From Paramecium tetraurelia (Eukaryota): a stretch of 64,000 bases of DNA. Below, one piece after another: positions 13,553-28,109 of this stretch (positions are counted from its first letter, which is position 1; each line of letters opens with the position of its first letter). The stretch lies in contig CT868007.1 of NCBI GenBank assembly GCA_000165425.1, positions 1-64,000 of the forward strand, read 5' to 3'. Position numbers and translations under genes: made by a program. The notes below the pieces were generated by a model. The model was not told where the DNA came from. It did no database searches and saw nothing but the letters and a program-made list of their open reading frames with translations.

Positions 13553-13958
13553 AAAAATTATATATATCATATATGTTTTATTAATTAAATACTTTCGTAA
13601 TTAAATCTCAAGGCTAATTATTTAAGATCATCATCCCACAACTATCAGAAATTACCCATATGATCTATTTCTATAGTTTTCTGAAATTATCCAAGTAATT
13701 CCGAGCTTTGGAATGAATATTCTAAGAAGATATTATCTCCAAAAAATATCATTTAAATTAAAAAATTTCATTTCTTTAATAATATTTTCTGCCTATATTT
13801 TACTATAATAAAGAGTCATTCTAATATGTCTATCATGTAAATCTAATTTCATTTTGATAACTTCGACATTCTAAAGTCTTAATTTACAAGGAATTTAATT
13901 ATTAAAATATTTATAAAGAGCAATGTTTGAATAAAAATTTAAAGATTTAAGAATCAAA

Positions 13959-14462
13959 ATGAAGACAAAAAAAGTTAAGAAGATAAGTCTCTAGTTAAAA
14001 TAATTACTCATTGAAAGTGTCATGACTGATCACTTATCTATTCATCAAGTAAACTACATATTTATAAATAAGGCCTCGAAACTTCACTCCATCAATTACT
14101 CCTCTGCTAAATATATTATAAACCTATATAAAAAATTAGGTACTGTGACTCCTCAGCAATCAAAACAAAGGAGAAAACCTAAGGTTTATATAATCAAAAC
14201 ATCAGTTTTGGTTGACTACAATTCTGGGGAGATTTTACTATATAAATAAAATTAATTAAAAAAATAGAATCACTAGGAGAACTAATAGATATGTATGAGG
14301 AAAGGGCTCATCATGACTTCAAAATCAATATTTCACTCACTTAAAATTAAAGAAAAAATATTTTCTGAATCAAATTCTGATTATAAAAAATTACCAACCT
14401 TCACTAATATTTCTGAACTAAAAAACTTGATCTAAATGCAACACAAACTGATGAGTTCATGA
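13959..14462 (+). CDS. Paramecium HTH-like family protein (INYSSAKYI motif)
   Basis: MKTKKVKKISLQLKQLLIESV...ASKLHSINYSSAKYIINLYKK; candidate intron 14049-14072; TGA at 14460. Confidence 0.65.
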
Positions 14463-16766
14463 TTAATTATAATATATATATTTTTATTAATATTGATCTG
14501 ATGAAAATTTTATTAATTAACAGAACTCACCAATATTTATCTTTATTGTTTTGATTCTAATCTACATTTCTCAATATATTGCTTATTCATTAATCACTAT
14601 TAACCGAAAAATACAAAATAACATAAAGCAATATAGTGCTAAATACATAAATATTATTTATTTTATATATATTTAAATACTGGTTGAATGACTCATAATT
14701 TGTGTTACAAATTATCACCAAATTTAAGGGTAGCCAAAAGCCGAGATGTAAAAGGAGAGTTTAAATACTCTCATAAATCCTTGGTGGAATGAAAATATTT
14801 CTCTATATTTAAATTTTATTTATCTTGGGATAAAAATTAAAATTAAAAAAATTATCTATTATTCGTGTAACTTTAATATTACAAATAAAGAATCCATAGC
14901 TTCAAATTAAAACTAAACACCTATTGGTATTTGAAAAAAGGATTGAAAATGTATTTATATTAATATATTTATTTATAAAAGTATTATAATCAATTAAATC
15001 AAGTTTTTTATATTATTTTCAAAGTGTTCATGCAAAATTGTAATCTTCAATAGGTTGAGGAACAAATTTATATAGTTAAGTTATGATACAATACCTGCAT
15101 TAATTCATGAATTTGAAGGCACTTGTCTCCATATTTTATGAATTACAGAGTTTTTAAATATACTAAAGTCTAAGAATCTTGATTTGTGGTTAATTGAATA
15201 TCGTTTTTTTCAAAATATGAACTACAGTTATGTAAAGAATAAGCTGTCAAAAAAGAAATTTATATAATTTTGTGCATATGAATAATGTAATTTGACATTT
15301 TTATTCTATCAAATATGATTTAAAGTTTACAGAAAATTGATGTCTATTTATAAAGTAAAATCCAACTTACACTGTTATATTATTGAAAATTTATCAAAAT
15401 TAATAGAATAATTATAAGAATTTCGAAGCAGAAATGGTTTTAGTGCAAACATTCACAATGCCATAGCAAGACCTTGGATGGAATATTGGTTGAGAAATAA
15501 GTTGACGTTAGTGATTTGAGAATGGCTATAAGTTATCTGATCTTGATATTACATATTGTTAATTTACTGGTCGATTAATAAAACTCTCTCTATTTGCTGT
15601 TTTGAAAAGATAATTCTTTTTGTAGATTTTTGATGGATATGAAACTTACAATTTAAAATAAGAAGATAAAAGATAGAAATTTTATTTTGGTTAATGTAGT
15701 AAGTTTAAAAAAAAATAATGAAAAAAAAGTCTATAGTTAAATTAAAATTACTAATTCTTGGGGTCAGTTTTAAAATCGTATTAAATATGAATTACCCTCA
15801 AGATTTTTCAGCAAATGAACGGATTTAACAGCAAATAGATATTCTTAACGAAAGGGCTAGAATCAGAAAGTATTGTCTTGCAATAGAAGTTAAAAACAAT
15901 GGATGCTAGTTTTAAGCAACTTCACTCTTTGAGTAATAGAAATACGAATAACTCTAGAAGCTCTAGTTATTATTATAGCAATTTCATGCATTCTAAGAGG
16001 ATCTCAACTGATAAACAAGCATAAAAAGTAATTTAATTGTCATTAAACTCAATTGAAAATCCCATTAATAAACTCCAAGAATTTAATTTCTATGGTTGAA
16101 TAAAATATAACAGCAGTAATTCACTTAAAATTATACTGTGCATGCAATTAGCAACCTAAAAAGAAATGAAATTCAACTCTCCAACAATTAGCATCTAACG
16201 TTAGTGCAAATTATACTTGCATAATAATAATTTTTCCAAATTTTTACATTCTTATCGAAAATTATATTTTAACTATGCAATACTTTTAAAGCTAATTCAA
16301 TTAATTATTGGATTAGCGAGACATTTATTAATTATTAAAATTTATAAAATAACATGAGTAAACTGAATTGTAGAGGTCACAATGCATCCTTTGATTATAA
16401 GCATAATGATACTATGATTAAATAATAAAAAAAACATCTCAATTCTATCTTGCATTGCTATTTAAAAAGCTTCAAATTCTTTCTAACTCCCACAAAACAA
16501 AAATAATAAGTCTTCGTTTTCTATTAAAATATTCTAATATGATAGACATCCAATGTAAAATGAATAAACTGTAAATAGATATTCAAGTATTACTATATTA
16601 ATTCATTCTCTCGATCTATATGCTTATGAAAATACTCTATGAACTTGTTAAATTATCATAGCATATATTAATTTTTATTAAAGAAAGTATTCAATTATAG
16701 TTAGAGTTTGCAACTGCAATTGGATTACAAAACTACAATATTTCTTTATAATATTTATATTTATTT

Positions 16767-17383
16767 ATGTTATTAATAAGAAGGCTTCCGAAATTTTTGT
16801 TTTGTGAAAATTAAAACATTGATAAGAAAAATGTTACTGTAAATATGGAATAGATAAAATAAAGAATAATGGAAAGAAAAACTGAATTGCCATTTAAGGA
16901 TCCATCGATAAGTAAGCCGAGGGAATTTTACGATACAAAATAAAATAAAAGGAAAACAGAATATATATTCGATTTTATTGATCCAACTCTGCATAACAAA
17001 CCTTTTTTATAGCAAGTGTTCGGATTGGGCAATGGGTACTTTTCAGTGAATGATGTCTGGTATCCAGGCAGCATATTAATATTTCCTTAATAAATATTTT
17101 TATGGGATGTATAGACTGCAGCTGATATAAGGGCACATAGTTTTGATATTTTGGAAGTGATAAAGCCAAGACCAAGTGAAAAATGATTAATATATGTGTA
17201 GGTTATGTATTGATTGGGACAGGGAGAGAGAAGCAAGATTTGCCAGATTCATATTTTGAGAAGTTTAAAAAGTTCGGTATAAAGGTGGATGTCGTTGCGA
17301 CATTTGAAGCGTGCAGTCATTTCAATTTTTGTAGTGAAGAATAAAGAGATGTTTGTGCTTTTATGATTCCTTAAAATTTATGA
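16767..17383 (+). CDS. NDUFAF3: Mth938-domain protein, complex I assembly factor NDUFAF3-like
   Basis: FSVNDVWYPGSILIFPQQIFLW...YVLIGTG...VDVVATFEACSHFNFCSEDKRDVCAFMIP; basic N-terminus; one short intron. Confidence 0.8.
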
Positions 17384-17411
17384 ATTAATATTAGTATATA
17401 AATAGGTAGAA

Positions 17412-18509
17412 ATGTTATCACAATAATTGTTATCTCAATGGAGGAAGGGTCCTACAAATAGTGTCTCCTTAGAACCTGGACGTATTAAATAATTATATCT
17501 ATAGATGGCAGAGGGATCTTCTGTATGGACATAATGAAGGATCATTTGGTTACTGGATCAGCCGATCATGGTTTGAGATGTTACAATATATCTTCTATGA
17601 AATACGAGAAAGAATTGTATGCAAAAAGATATGGTCACACAGAGTGGGTTAGTTCAGTGTAGCATTTGTAAAATGGGTAAATAATATCTGCAGGGATGGA
17701 CAGCAAGCTCTGTTTATGGGATGCAAAGGGTGTAAGATGTAATGATTTGGTTGGACATCAAGGATCGATTACTAAATTGATGGTGGATGAATAGTCAGTG
17801 TGTATTACAAGTTCATATGATTAAACATTGATGATTTGGCAATTGAGTTCAATGTAAGAGAGTAGAAAATTGTTTGGACCACATAAAAGCGCAGTGTTGG
17901 ATTTTGATTGGAAAAATTCATTGTGTGTGAGTGGTGATAAATAGGGCACTGTGGTGTTTTGGGATATAAATGAAGGAGAGCCAGTGATGTCAAAGCATGC
18001 TCATTAAGGAGCAGTGTCTAAATGCTTATTGTACTCAGATGGGGGGAGTAATAACCTTGTTATTACGGCTGGTATTAATGATGGGACATTGATTATTCAT
18101 GATATGAGGACGAATAAATTGGTAAATTAGAGTTAGATTCATAAGGGATCAATTAATGGTCTGACAGTGAATCTATAAAATTTTAGTAAGATTTTGAAAT
18201 GATTTGTTAGTAATTACTGGCAGTGCTGATGCAACTTGCAAGATAATTGACATTGTTGCTGGATTCAAGCCAGTTTCTATGATGAAGGCCAAGGATGCTG
18301 TGTTTTCTATCGAGACCATTTACAATATGACAATAGCGGGGTGTGGGGATGGCAACATCTTGTTTTATGACAACGATTCTGGTTAATGCTTGTATGGATT
18401 TGGGGCGATGAACAAGGGTTGTGTGAGATAGATGAAAATAAATGACAATAAAACAAAGTTGGTTGCTATAGGTGATGATTTTTCACCGATGGTTTTGTAG
18501 TATTCATGA
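17412..18509 (+). CDS. WD40-repeat protein
   Basis: VTGSADHGLR, GHTEWV, SAGMDSKLCLWD, GHQGSI, VVFWDI, TGSADATCKI; two short introns. Confidence 0.9.
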
Positions 18510-18630
18510 TTATATTGATTTGAATTTAAGTTGATCTATTGATGTAATAATAATTGGAATAGTCATTCCATAAAATTAGTAAGAATAAATTAAAAATTTA
18601 AATAATAAAAATATTTTTGTGTGTGACAAT

Positions 18631-20306
18631 ATGAGTTTTCGTTAAACTAGATGGAGATTTTTGGCAGTGTCTTTAGCTGCTCTAATCCTTTTAGGAAATA
18701 ATTATTCATTTGATAATCCTCAAGCTTTGCAAACTTAAATTTAATAATAATTAGGAATTAACATTATTCAGTTTAATTTACTTTATAGTGTCTTTGCTTT
18801 GCCTAACATCTTTCTCACCATTTTGGGAGGTATGAAAGATCATCAATATTGTAGGAATGATAATTGATCGACTTGGAGTGAGATTTGGGATTTTCACATT
18901 TACTCTTATAGTTACTATCGGTTAATTGATAATAGCTTTGGGGGGCAAATTCAACCAGTACTCCCTAATGTTGTTGGGAAGAGCAATATTTGGTGTGGCC
19001 AGCGAAAATTTGATCATTGCATAAAGTACATTTGTAAGTTTATGGTTTAAGGGCACAGAATTAGCAACTGTAAGGTATTCTAACTTAATATAGGCAATGG
19101 GAATCATCATGACAGTTCCAGAATTGGGAGGTGCTTTAAATAGTTTATTGACTCCTTTGATCTATAATTCTAGTCAAAAGTTATCAGTGCCACTTTTCGT
19201 CAGCGTCGGATTTTGTTTATTCTCATTTTGTTGTGGGGTAGTTTTGGTTTATCTGGACAAATACGCAGAAAAATATGATTAAAGATGTGAGTAATAAGTT
19301 TGACATACTCTTTTATAGAATCAGATTCTCAATACGTTTTGGAATAAAACATCATGGAGAAAGAGGAAGGAGAGGAAGATGAAGAAGAATAGGAGAAGTA
19401 AGAAGAATCAAAAGAAGAAATCAGTTTAAAGGACCTTAAGCAATTATCAGGCACAGTCTGGATCCTCCTGATGATCTGCACGTTCAGTCTTTGTATATTC
19501 ATTCCTTTCTTGGACAATGCTAATTCATTCTGTTAAGAGAGATTCAACCTTTCAAATATATCAGCAGGTAGAGCCATCATCATTACCTATTTGACACCAA
19601 GTAAATACATCTCATTAGCGTAGTTTTTGTATCTCCATTTATTGGGTATGTAGTTGATAAGGTGGGTTATAGAAGAAGATGGATGATATTGACATCTCTG
19701 CTCTTTATCCTCTCCCATTTATTATTCGCAATCATACCGACTCCTGAGGATGGATCGCCTTAATATGCAGCTGTAGTTCCTTTGTTCTTATTAGGAGTCA
19801 GTTATGCATTCTATTCTTGCGTTATGATTCCTTGTGTCCAGTATCTTGTTGAATAAAGAATCATGGGCACTGCTTTTGGATTGATGGGGTTATTTGAAAG
19901 CATCGGAGCTTGTATCTTCCCTCTTGTTTCCTCTTAAATCTACAATACTAATGGTGATTATAGGTAGGTTGGATTCTTTTACATGGGAATTGGTTGTGTT
20001 AATTTAATCTTTGTATTGACATTATACTTTGTTGATAAGAAGGGGAGTGAAGTACTTGATAAGATTAACCCCTTGGAAGATAAAAGTGATAAGGAATCGT
20101 CATCCACTTCTGATGATTCTGTTGCTTCAGATTTAACAGATGAGGATGAAAGAGAGTATATAGAGATGAAATCAAATATTAATTCTTTAAAGTTATAGCC
20201 ATTGGAAACTAATAGTGACACAAAAAGCGAACCAGGGGATATTAAGATGCAAAGATCTCTAAGCTTCGAATATTCAATGCAAGTTACAAAAATAGATAAT
20301 TAATGA
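18631..20306 (+). CDS. MFS transporter (MFSD1-like)
   Basis: GNNYSFDNPQAL, LYSVFALPN, DRLGVR, LLGRAIFG, SLWFKGTELA; many hydrophobic segments; several tiny introns. Confidence 0.9.
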
Positions 20307-20771
20307 TTGGTATATATAAGATTTCATTTTATTAATATATTATTTTCTATATTTTCTGTTGATTCAAACTGATTATCTGAGTGAGATTTGGCTTATTTAT
20401 TCAGTTTCAAAATGAGAGTAACTGGATTACAGGATCATCTAATATCATAAGAAGTATTGGCAAGTGGGACTAAATTAACAAAAAGTATTATAGCCCTTAA
20501 AATTGTGTAGAGTCTAGAAAAATAGATCACCTACATAATTATAATTGAGACTCTTTGATAAATTATTTATTATAAACCAATATTATCCATATTTTTAATT
20601 TACTCCTAATATTTACAGTATATCAATTATGTCCAGGATTAGCATAATTATCAGTAGTTTCAATTAAATTAATATGTAGTTATACAATTACCATTTATAG
20701 AATTGAAACTTTTATGTTTTATATAGGATTATATTTTGTCAACGGATATTTATTAATATATTTATCTGTTA

Positions 20772-21910
20772 ATGGAATTGTCTGCTAATAAATCTCTTAA
20801 CAAGGAGAACAACAACCCTGTATTAGTACCCACTCAATACGATATGATGTAAAAAGAAGGTATCTTTGCTAAAACCAGTTCATCAATACATTCTTAGCAT
20901 AGATTCTACTATAGAAAACAGAAGCAACCCATAGTTTAACCAATTCAGAATCTTATAATTGGTCATTCTAACAGCTCCCAATCAATGCATAAGGATATTG
21001 AGAAAATAGCTAAACAATTATAATCTTAGCATATTTAAACCATGACTCAATTCAATTTCCCCCAGCCTCTAAAGGAAAGATACCCAACTTAGTATTCGCA
21101 TTCCTCGAATACCTAAATCGCCGAAGTCTTGGAAATGTTTGAGAAAGAAAATTTAATGAAGATTCAATAGATCAAGCCATGTACTCCTAGAAGACTATTG
21201 ACTCCATAAGTCAATACTAAGTTACCCACCTTACATATTGAGAATAAGAGTAACGACTAGGAGAACCAAAATGAAAAGACGAGTCATTTATTGAAAAACA
21301 AACTCCTATTTAGGAGAACGATAAATCCTTCCGTAGATAAGATTAAGAAATTAAATTAACCTGCGACGGAAGTAAGACATAAAAGAATAGCTTCTTAGAT
21401 TTTGAATAACACTGAAAATTTAAGTTTGCATAAACCACTCAAAGACAGAATCAACAAGGTCTTGAAGAATTCACATTAAATTTTGTAAATTTGCAACAAA
21501 ATACCGGAGATTTAGGAATAAATATCTGAAGAGCAACTATTGGATTTAATAAATTCTGATCATTTTAAGATAGAATTCCAACATCTTGTCAATAATTCAC
21601 AAGGTTCTAATTAGCCAATGGAATTCATCTTATAAAACTTTATGATTGATCAAATAAGAAGGATGAGAGAGTTGAAGGAAGCGGAGAATAATTTAGAATG
21701 TAATAGTTATCTTATTATTGCTTAGAAAAAAGATAAAACTTCTCACGCTTGCTCACCAGTTATATACAGGAACTCAAAGAGAAATTATGATTTTACTAAT
21801 TTATATAAAATGATGTATTTTAATTCATTGATTAGTCTAAATGAACTTTGGTGTTCATTCTTTACTTTTTTGATTTTAAAGTAAAAAAATCATTTTCATT
21901 ACTTAAATGA
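20772..21910 (+). CDS. Hypothetical low-complexity protein; 3' end approximate
   Basis: Long open code-6 frame from MELSANKSLNKEN with short introns near the 3' end. Confidence 0.65.
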
Positions 21911-21930
21911 AAAAGTTCATTCTTCTAATC

Positions 21931-21978
21931 AGTAAATCAAAACACCTCTGACAGAGTTTAGGTTATGTATTTATTTAA
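21931..21978 (-). promoter_or_regulatory. Candidate SECIS-like element in TrxR 3' UTR (non-canonical AUAA core)
   Basis: Minus strand AUAA-11nt-AAA-CUCU(GUC)AGAG-GUGUUUU-GA; spacing and mini-stem resemble a type-2 SECIS but AUGA is absent and helix II pairing is imperfect. Confidence 0.4.
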
Positions 21979-22002
21979 CCCTAGCTCTCTTTCAAGCTAG
22001 GG
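21979..22002 (-). promoter_or_regulatory. GC-rich hairpin immediately after the TrxR stop codon
   Basis: CCCTAGCT-8nt-AGCTAGGG perfect 8-bp stem, 3 nt after the stop and 9 nt after the Sec UGA. Confidence 0.6.
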
Positions 22003-22005
22003 ATC

Positions 22006-23546
<1,541 letters not shown>

Positions 23547-23578
23547 AAATTATATATTAATTTAAAATTGTCTCTATA

Positions 23579-25809
23579 TCATAAATTAATAATTAAATAT
23601 TATTTTTTCGCTTGACACTTTTTGAATAAATCTGTATCATTGAAAGTATATTTAGGAAGTAAGGGTTTGTTTGGATTTTATTTACTATTAACGTAATCTT
23701 TGAATTCTTGGTATATTTTCAAGTCTCTTTGTTCTCTTGGATTTTAAAATTTCAACTCTTTTTAATTTTATTACCTAATCCTATTCTGCCATAAGAATTA
23801 GTGCTTTAAACTATGTTGAGGCATCACAACCAGAGGTTAAACTGTATATTCAGATTGCTTCGGTTTTTGTTGAGGAACGAACAAGTTTGAATGATCATTA
23901 TTGTCATTCTTAACATTAAAGTTGTTGAATGAATTATCAATAAAATTGTATGTGAACTACTAGTATTTGATTTAGTTTTAAATGGATTGAGACTTTGCTC
24001 TGTTTCTGGATTAGGATGATTTGAGTTGTCTTTATTTAAATGAATTTGATCTGGGGTAAGGCCTCTCTAAATTAATAGCCTTTTCTTTGAGTGGCTGTTA
24101 AACCTACTTAATTTCATCCTAACCTATTTCATCTTCTGAGATTGAGGAATCTGAGAAACTGACATCAGAATTCTATTCATTTACTATGCTGCTCTCCGTC
24201 CACTTCTATTCTTCGTGATTTTTTGACAGAGTGATGATAATCTCTCTCCCCATCGATCTGAGGTCATTTAGAGTGAAATCCACAATTTAATTCTAATCCT
24301 TGTATCCGAAGTACGAGATCTCAAGTGTATAGATATTCTGCTACATGTTCAATAGTTTTTATAGATAGACTCTGGCTGTGTGATTCAAGTATTTAGTGTT
24401 CTTCATGAACCGACTATTCTCGAGACTGAATCTTTTGTCTGAGTTACAAAGCTCAGTGATGAATTCGTTACAACTGTGTCCATAAAAGAAAGCTGATAGT
24501 CTAATTTATTACATTTGCTTACTTCTTGCTGTGTCCATGAATGTCGAGAATCAATTGGATGGGATAGTTTTGGTTAAAATTAGTTATTAGCTTTTCGACA
24601 GAGTTTAAAGTATCATCCCTATTGCATCCCCATTTCCTGTTCAGATCAAATCCTCCCAAACCGCATCGTTGATTTCCATGAACTACTCCGTCCACATTCA
24701 ACATAGGGATGATTTTAATAACGAACTTATTCCTCAATTCATCAGCCTCAGCAGACAACAATGCATTGATTATACCCTCAATAACAAAGGAACTAGTTGT
24801 CTCTCCAGGATGTTATCGACCAATGAAGAATAATCCTTATTTCTGATCTTGGTTATCGTTAGTTATTGTAACTATTTAAATGTCATTCCCAGCTTAACTT
24901 GTGATTATGTTTTTCACCTTCATTATCCTGTCGTAGATTAAGTATTTACTGGATATGAAGGATTATAGGTTAGAATAAGTGTAGGGGTAATTAGAGGCGA
25001 AGTAGACAGTTCCTTATTCGATAAATGTGTAGTTGAAGGAGAGGGAGTAGTAGAATGAAGAGTCATTCCTTTGGATGTGATTCTTCTTAAATGATAAACC
25101 CAAGGAGTCTTTTCTCCAAGAATTGCATTCGTTTATCAAGATTTTCATGCCTTGACGATAAAAACACATGTTCTTATTGATGTTGATAATGCTGAGTCTG
25201 ATGTTGCACAGGAGCGAGTTCTTGTTTTGGATTGAGAAATAAAACCATTGCGTATATCCTTTGGTATTGATGTCATTTTAAAGGAGCAGGATGTAATCGT
25301 GATCGCTTTTCTAGTTAGGTAACATAGCAATACTTTGAACACTTGGAATAGGTTGCCACTTTCAAATAGGGAATCAAATTTAATATTCTCATCCTCGCAT
25401 TGGTAGTAGTGGGAGGTATCGAAAGTACTCCCATGTTAATGCAGTAGAGTTGCATACAGGTTTTGGTTCTGTTGTGGTTAATATTTCTGGTATATTAGTT
25501 TGAGAGGTTTCAGGAAGGCTTGGAGGGTGATTGGCTTTTAGGTTAAACATTCCTGTTCTTGTTATTATATGGCTGTTTTGTAGGTTGCTTCTTGTTCATT
25601 TGCTTCTAAATAGCTACAATAGTTCAATAATAGAAATACTTTTTTTTTAATGGCAGTATTGAATTTACTTTGTTTAAATGAAGTTACTAAATCAATATAG
25701 GATTGGGCTTGGGAAGTCTATCTTTAATGGATGAATAGAAAATTAAATTTTCTTTATCCTCCTTTTTTGAATGGTTAATTACATCGACTGTTTAACTTAT
25801 ATTCTTCAT
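23579..25809 (-). CDS. Cytosolic carboxypeptidase (M14D, CCP/AGBL/Nna1 tubulin deglutamylase family)
   Basis: FESGNL, WFYF, YPYTYS, RQHPGET, IPMLNVDGVVHGNQRC, DLNR, DIHGHS, YTLE. Confidence 0.92.
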
Positions 25810-26225
25810 TTATTAACGAATAGATTTTAATATTTTTTAATCTATTTTAATACTCACCAAAAATTGAAAGATAAGAATCAAGATTAATAATTGTTCTAAT
25901 AGAATCCTTTATACATCCTAAGAAAAAGTGGACTACTATAAAGAGTTATCTATATCTTATGGTTAAGGAATTTATTACTTTTTTAAAATTGATCTGATTT
26001 TATGTTCAATTGGATAAGATCATTTGATTGAAAGACTATTGAAGAATAGAACTTGTGATTGGTGCAACTGAGAGAGTTAAATGAGAAGAAATCTTAACTT
26101 TAGAAGAATTATATCTAATAGATTAAACAATAACATATAAATGGATTTTTGACAATAACAAAAACCTTTAACTCAATGATATATATCGAAACACAATTTT
26201 ATAAATTTTTTATTTAATAATTGAC

Positions 26226-26945
26226 TCATTCATTCTTTTTGGCATGTTCATCTGTCCAATATTGTTAGAGCTTTTAACTTCCGTGATCTGGAACCATTGT
26301 TGGTTTTCCTGGTTTCCATGATGCTGGACAAACCTCACCGTGTTCATCTGTGAATTAGAATGCTTGTACTAATCTAGAAAAATTATATGCGTCATTCATT
26401 ACCTCAATGTTTCATCGACATTTCTTCCGACTGGTAAATCATTGACTGAATAATGTCTGAGAACACCATTCTTGTCGACGATGAAAGTGCCTCTGAAAGC
26501 AACTCCAAAATCTCCATCTTAAGGATCATCGATAAGAACTCCATAATCAGCAGAAATAGTCTAGAATATTCATTAAAAATAATGATTACTTTTCCTAAGT
26601 CAGCAATCAAAGGAATTTGCATGTCTCCCAATCCTCCTTGATTTCTTGGGGTCTAGCAATACTTCATGTGGGAGAAGTGTGAATCTACTGAAACAGCAGC
26701 TACCTCACATCCAATCTTTCTGAAATCCTTTGGAAAAATGTTAAGATCAAAACACTTACTTCAACTCTGTCAGAAAAAGCGATGATCTCTGTTGGGCAAA
26801 CAAAAGTGAAGTCCAATGGATAAAAGAATAAGACCAAGTATTTGCCTTTGAAATCGGAAAGTGACACTTTCTTGAATGATCCATTCACGTAAGCTGTGGC
26901 TGTGAAGGCTGGAGCAGGCTTTCTAATCTTAAGCTTCTAACTCAT
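26226..26945 (-). CDS. PRDX: Typical 2-Cys peroxiredoxin (AhpC/Prx1)
   Basis: [19 protein letters not shown] (peroxidatic Cys) and GEVCPASW (resolving Cys); short introns. Confidence 0.97.
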
Positions 26946-27664
26946 ATCTTATTAATATTATTGCACTCAAAAAATACTATATCCACTTATAGAGTGACGA
27001 CAATTTAATTTAATTACGATTGAATTATTTATGTATAAGAATAATCCAAACTCAATTAGAAAATTCTGTCTACTTTTTTACTCATATGATAATCAATAAG
27101 AAGGCTTCATCTTGAATTATTATCATTTTATATTAATCTTGGTCTTAGGTTAGAATATTGGAAAAGTTAGAATATACAATATAATAATTACCTTTTTGAT
27201 ATTTGATAATCACTTGAAGTATCTTCAATAAGGTTTAACTAAAAATAAAGTAATTTCAAATCCTATTCAATCGATGATACAAATATTTAATGTAATATTA
27301 ATTTGATAAACAAAGATTCATTATAAGATTTTACTTAATGTTTAGACAATTTATAATGATTACTTGGTAACTGCAGATCGGGTATGAAATGACTTAGTAG
27401 AGAGTTCTCAGATCCACTATTTCACAATTAGTATATTAAAGTGTCTATCCAGGATTGAAAATCCCAAAGCTTAAAATACAAGATATTCTTGTATTACTAA
27501 TCCACTCAGTTTCGTCTAAGATACATTTCCTATTCAAAAATAAAGGTTGCATTTTTAGTTCACTTTTATTGATACTCAGAAACAATTGCTTTTTATCAAT
27601 TAACAAATATATTTGTATGTAGAAATAGTTAATATTTAATTTCAACGAAAATTGTTTTTCAATA

Positions 27665-27960
27665 TCCTTTGATCTTTTTGTAATTAGAGGAGGATCAGGT
27701 GGTTTAGCTAGCAGCAAAGCAGCTGTATAGCTGAGGGAAAAAGTAGGTTTGTCAGACTTTGTTGTTCCTTCTCCTCAAAGTCAAACATGAGGTGTGGGAG
27801 GAACATGTGTATTTATAATTATTATCCAAATAAACTATAAATGTTGGGTGCATTCCTAAAAAATTATTTCACGTTGCTGCTTAATTGGGTGACTATAGAA
27901 AAGATTAGGGTAAAGGTGGATTGAGTGGTATTAATGAAAATAGTCTCAAAATTGGTTTAA
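27665..27960 (+). pseudogene. Thioredoxin reductase pseudogene, 5' part
   Basis: FDLFVIRGGSGGLASSKAA...[29 protein letters not shown]->R in the FAD-binding motif (27686) and TGA at the conserved Trp (27788). Confidence 0.88.
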
Positions 27961-28109
27961 GTAGTGAATATTATGATTCGGAGACTTAACAAAATGCACG
28001 AGAAAATCTCAAGATTGCAGGATAATGACAAGTTGTTTGCAAATATTACAATTTGTACTATATTGATTAGGGGCTTATAGTATTTTTGTATATATAAATT
28101 TTTGGAATC

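Noticed and set aside
14900..16300. Coding-like degenerate region
   Set aside because: No sustained frame or recognisable motif; a decayed gene is possible but cannot be supported.
21885..21922. Alternative AUGA-core SECIS further downstream of TrxR
   Set aside because: The AA-to-GA distance is only ~11 nt, the stem is nearly all A-U, and it overlaps the convergent gene's end.
27788..27790. In-frame TGA in the second TrxR as selenocysteine
   Set aside because: It replaces the conserved Trp of WGxGGTC and comes with other lesions, so it is a nonsense mutation.
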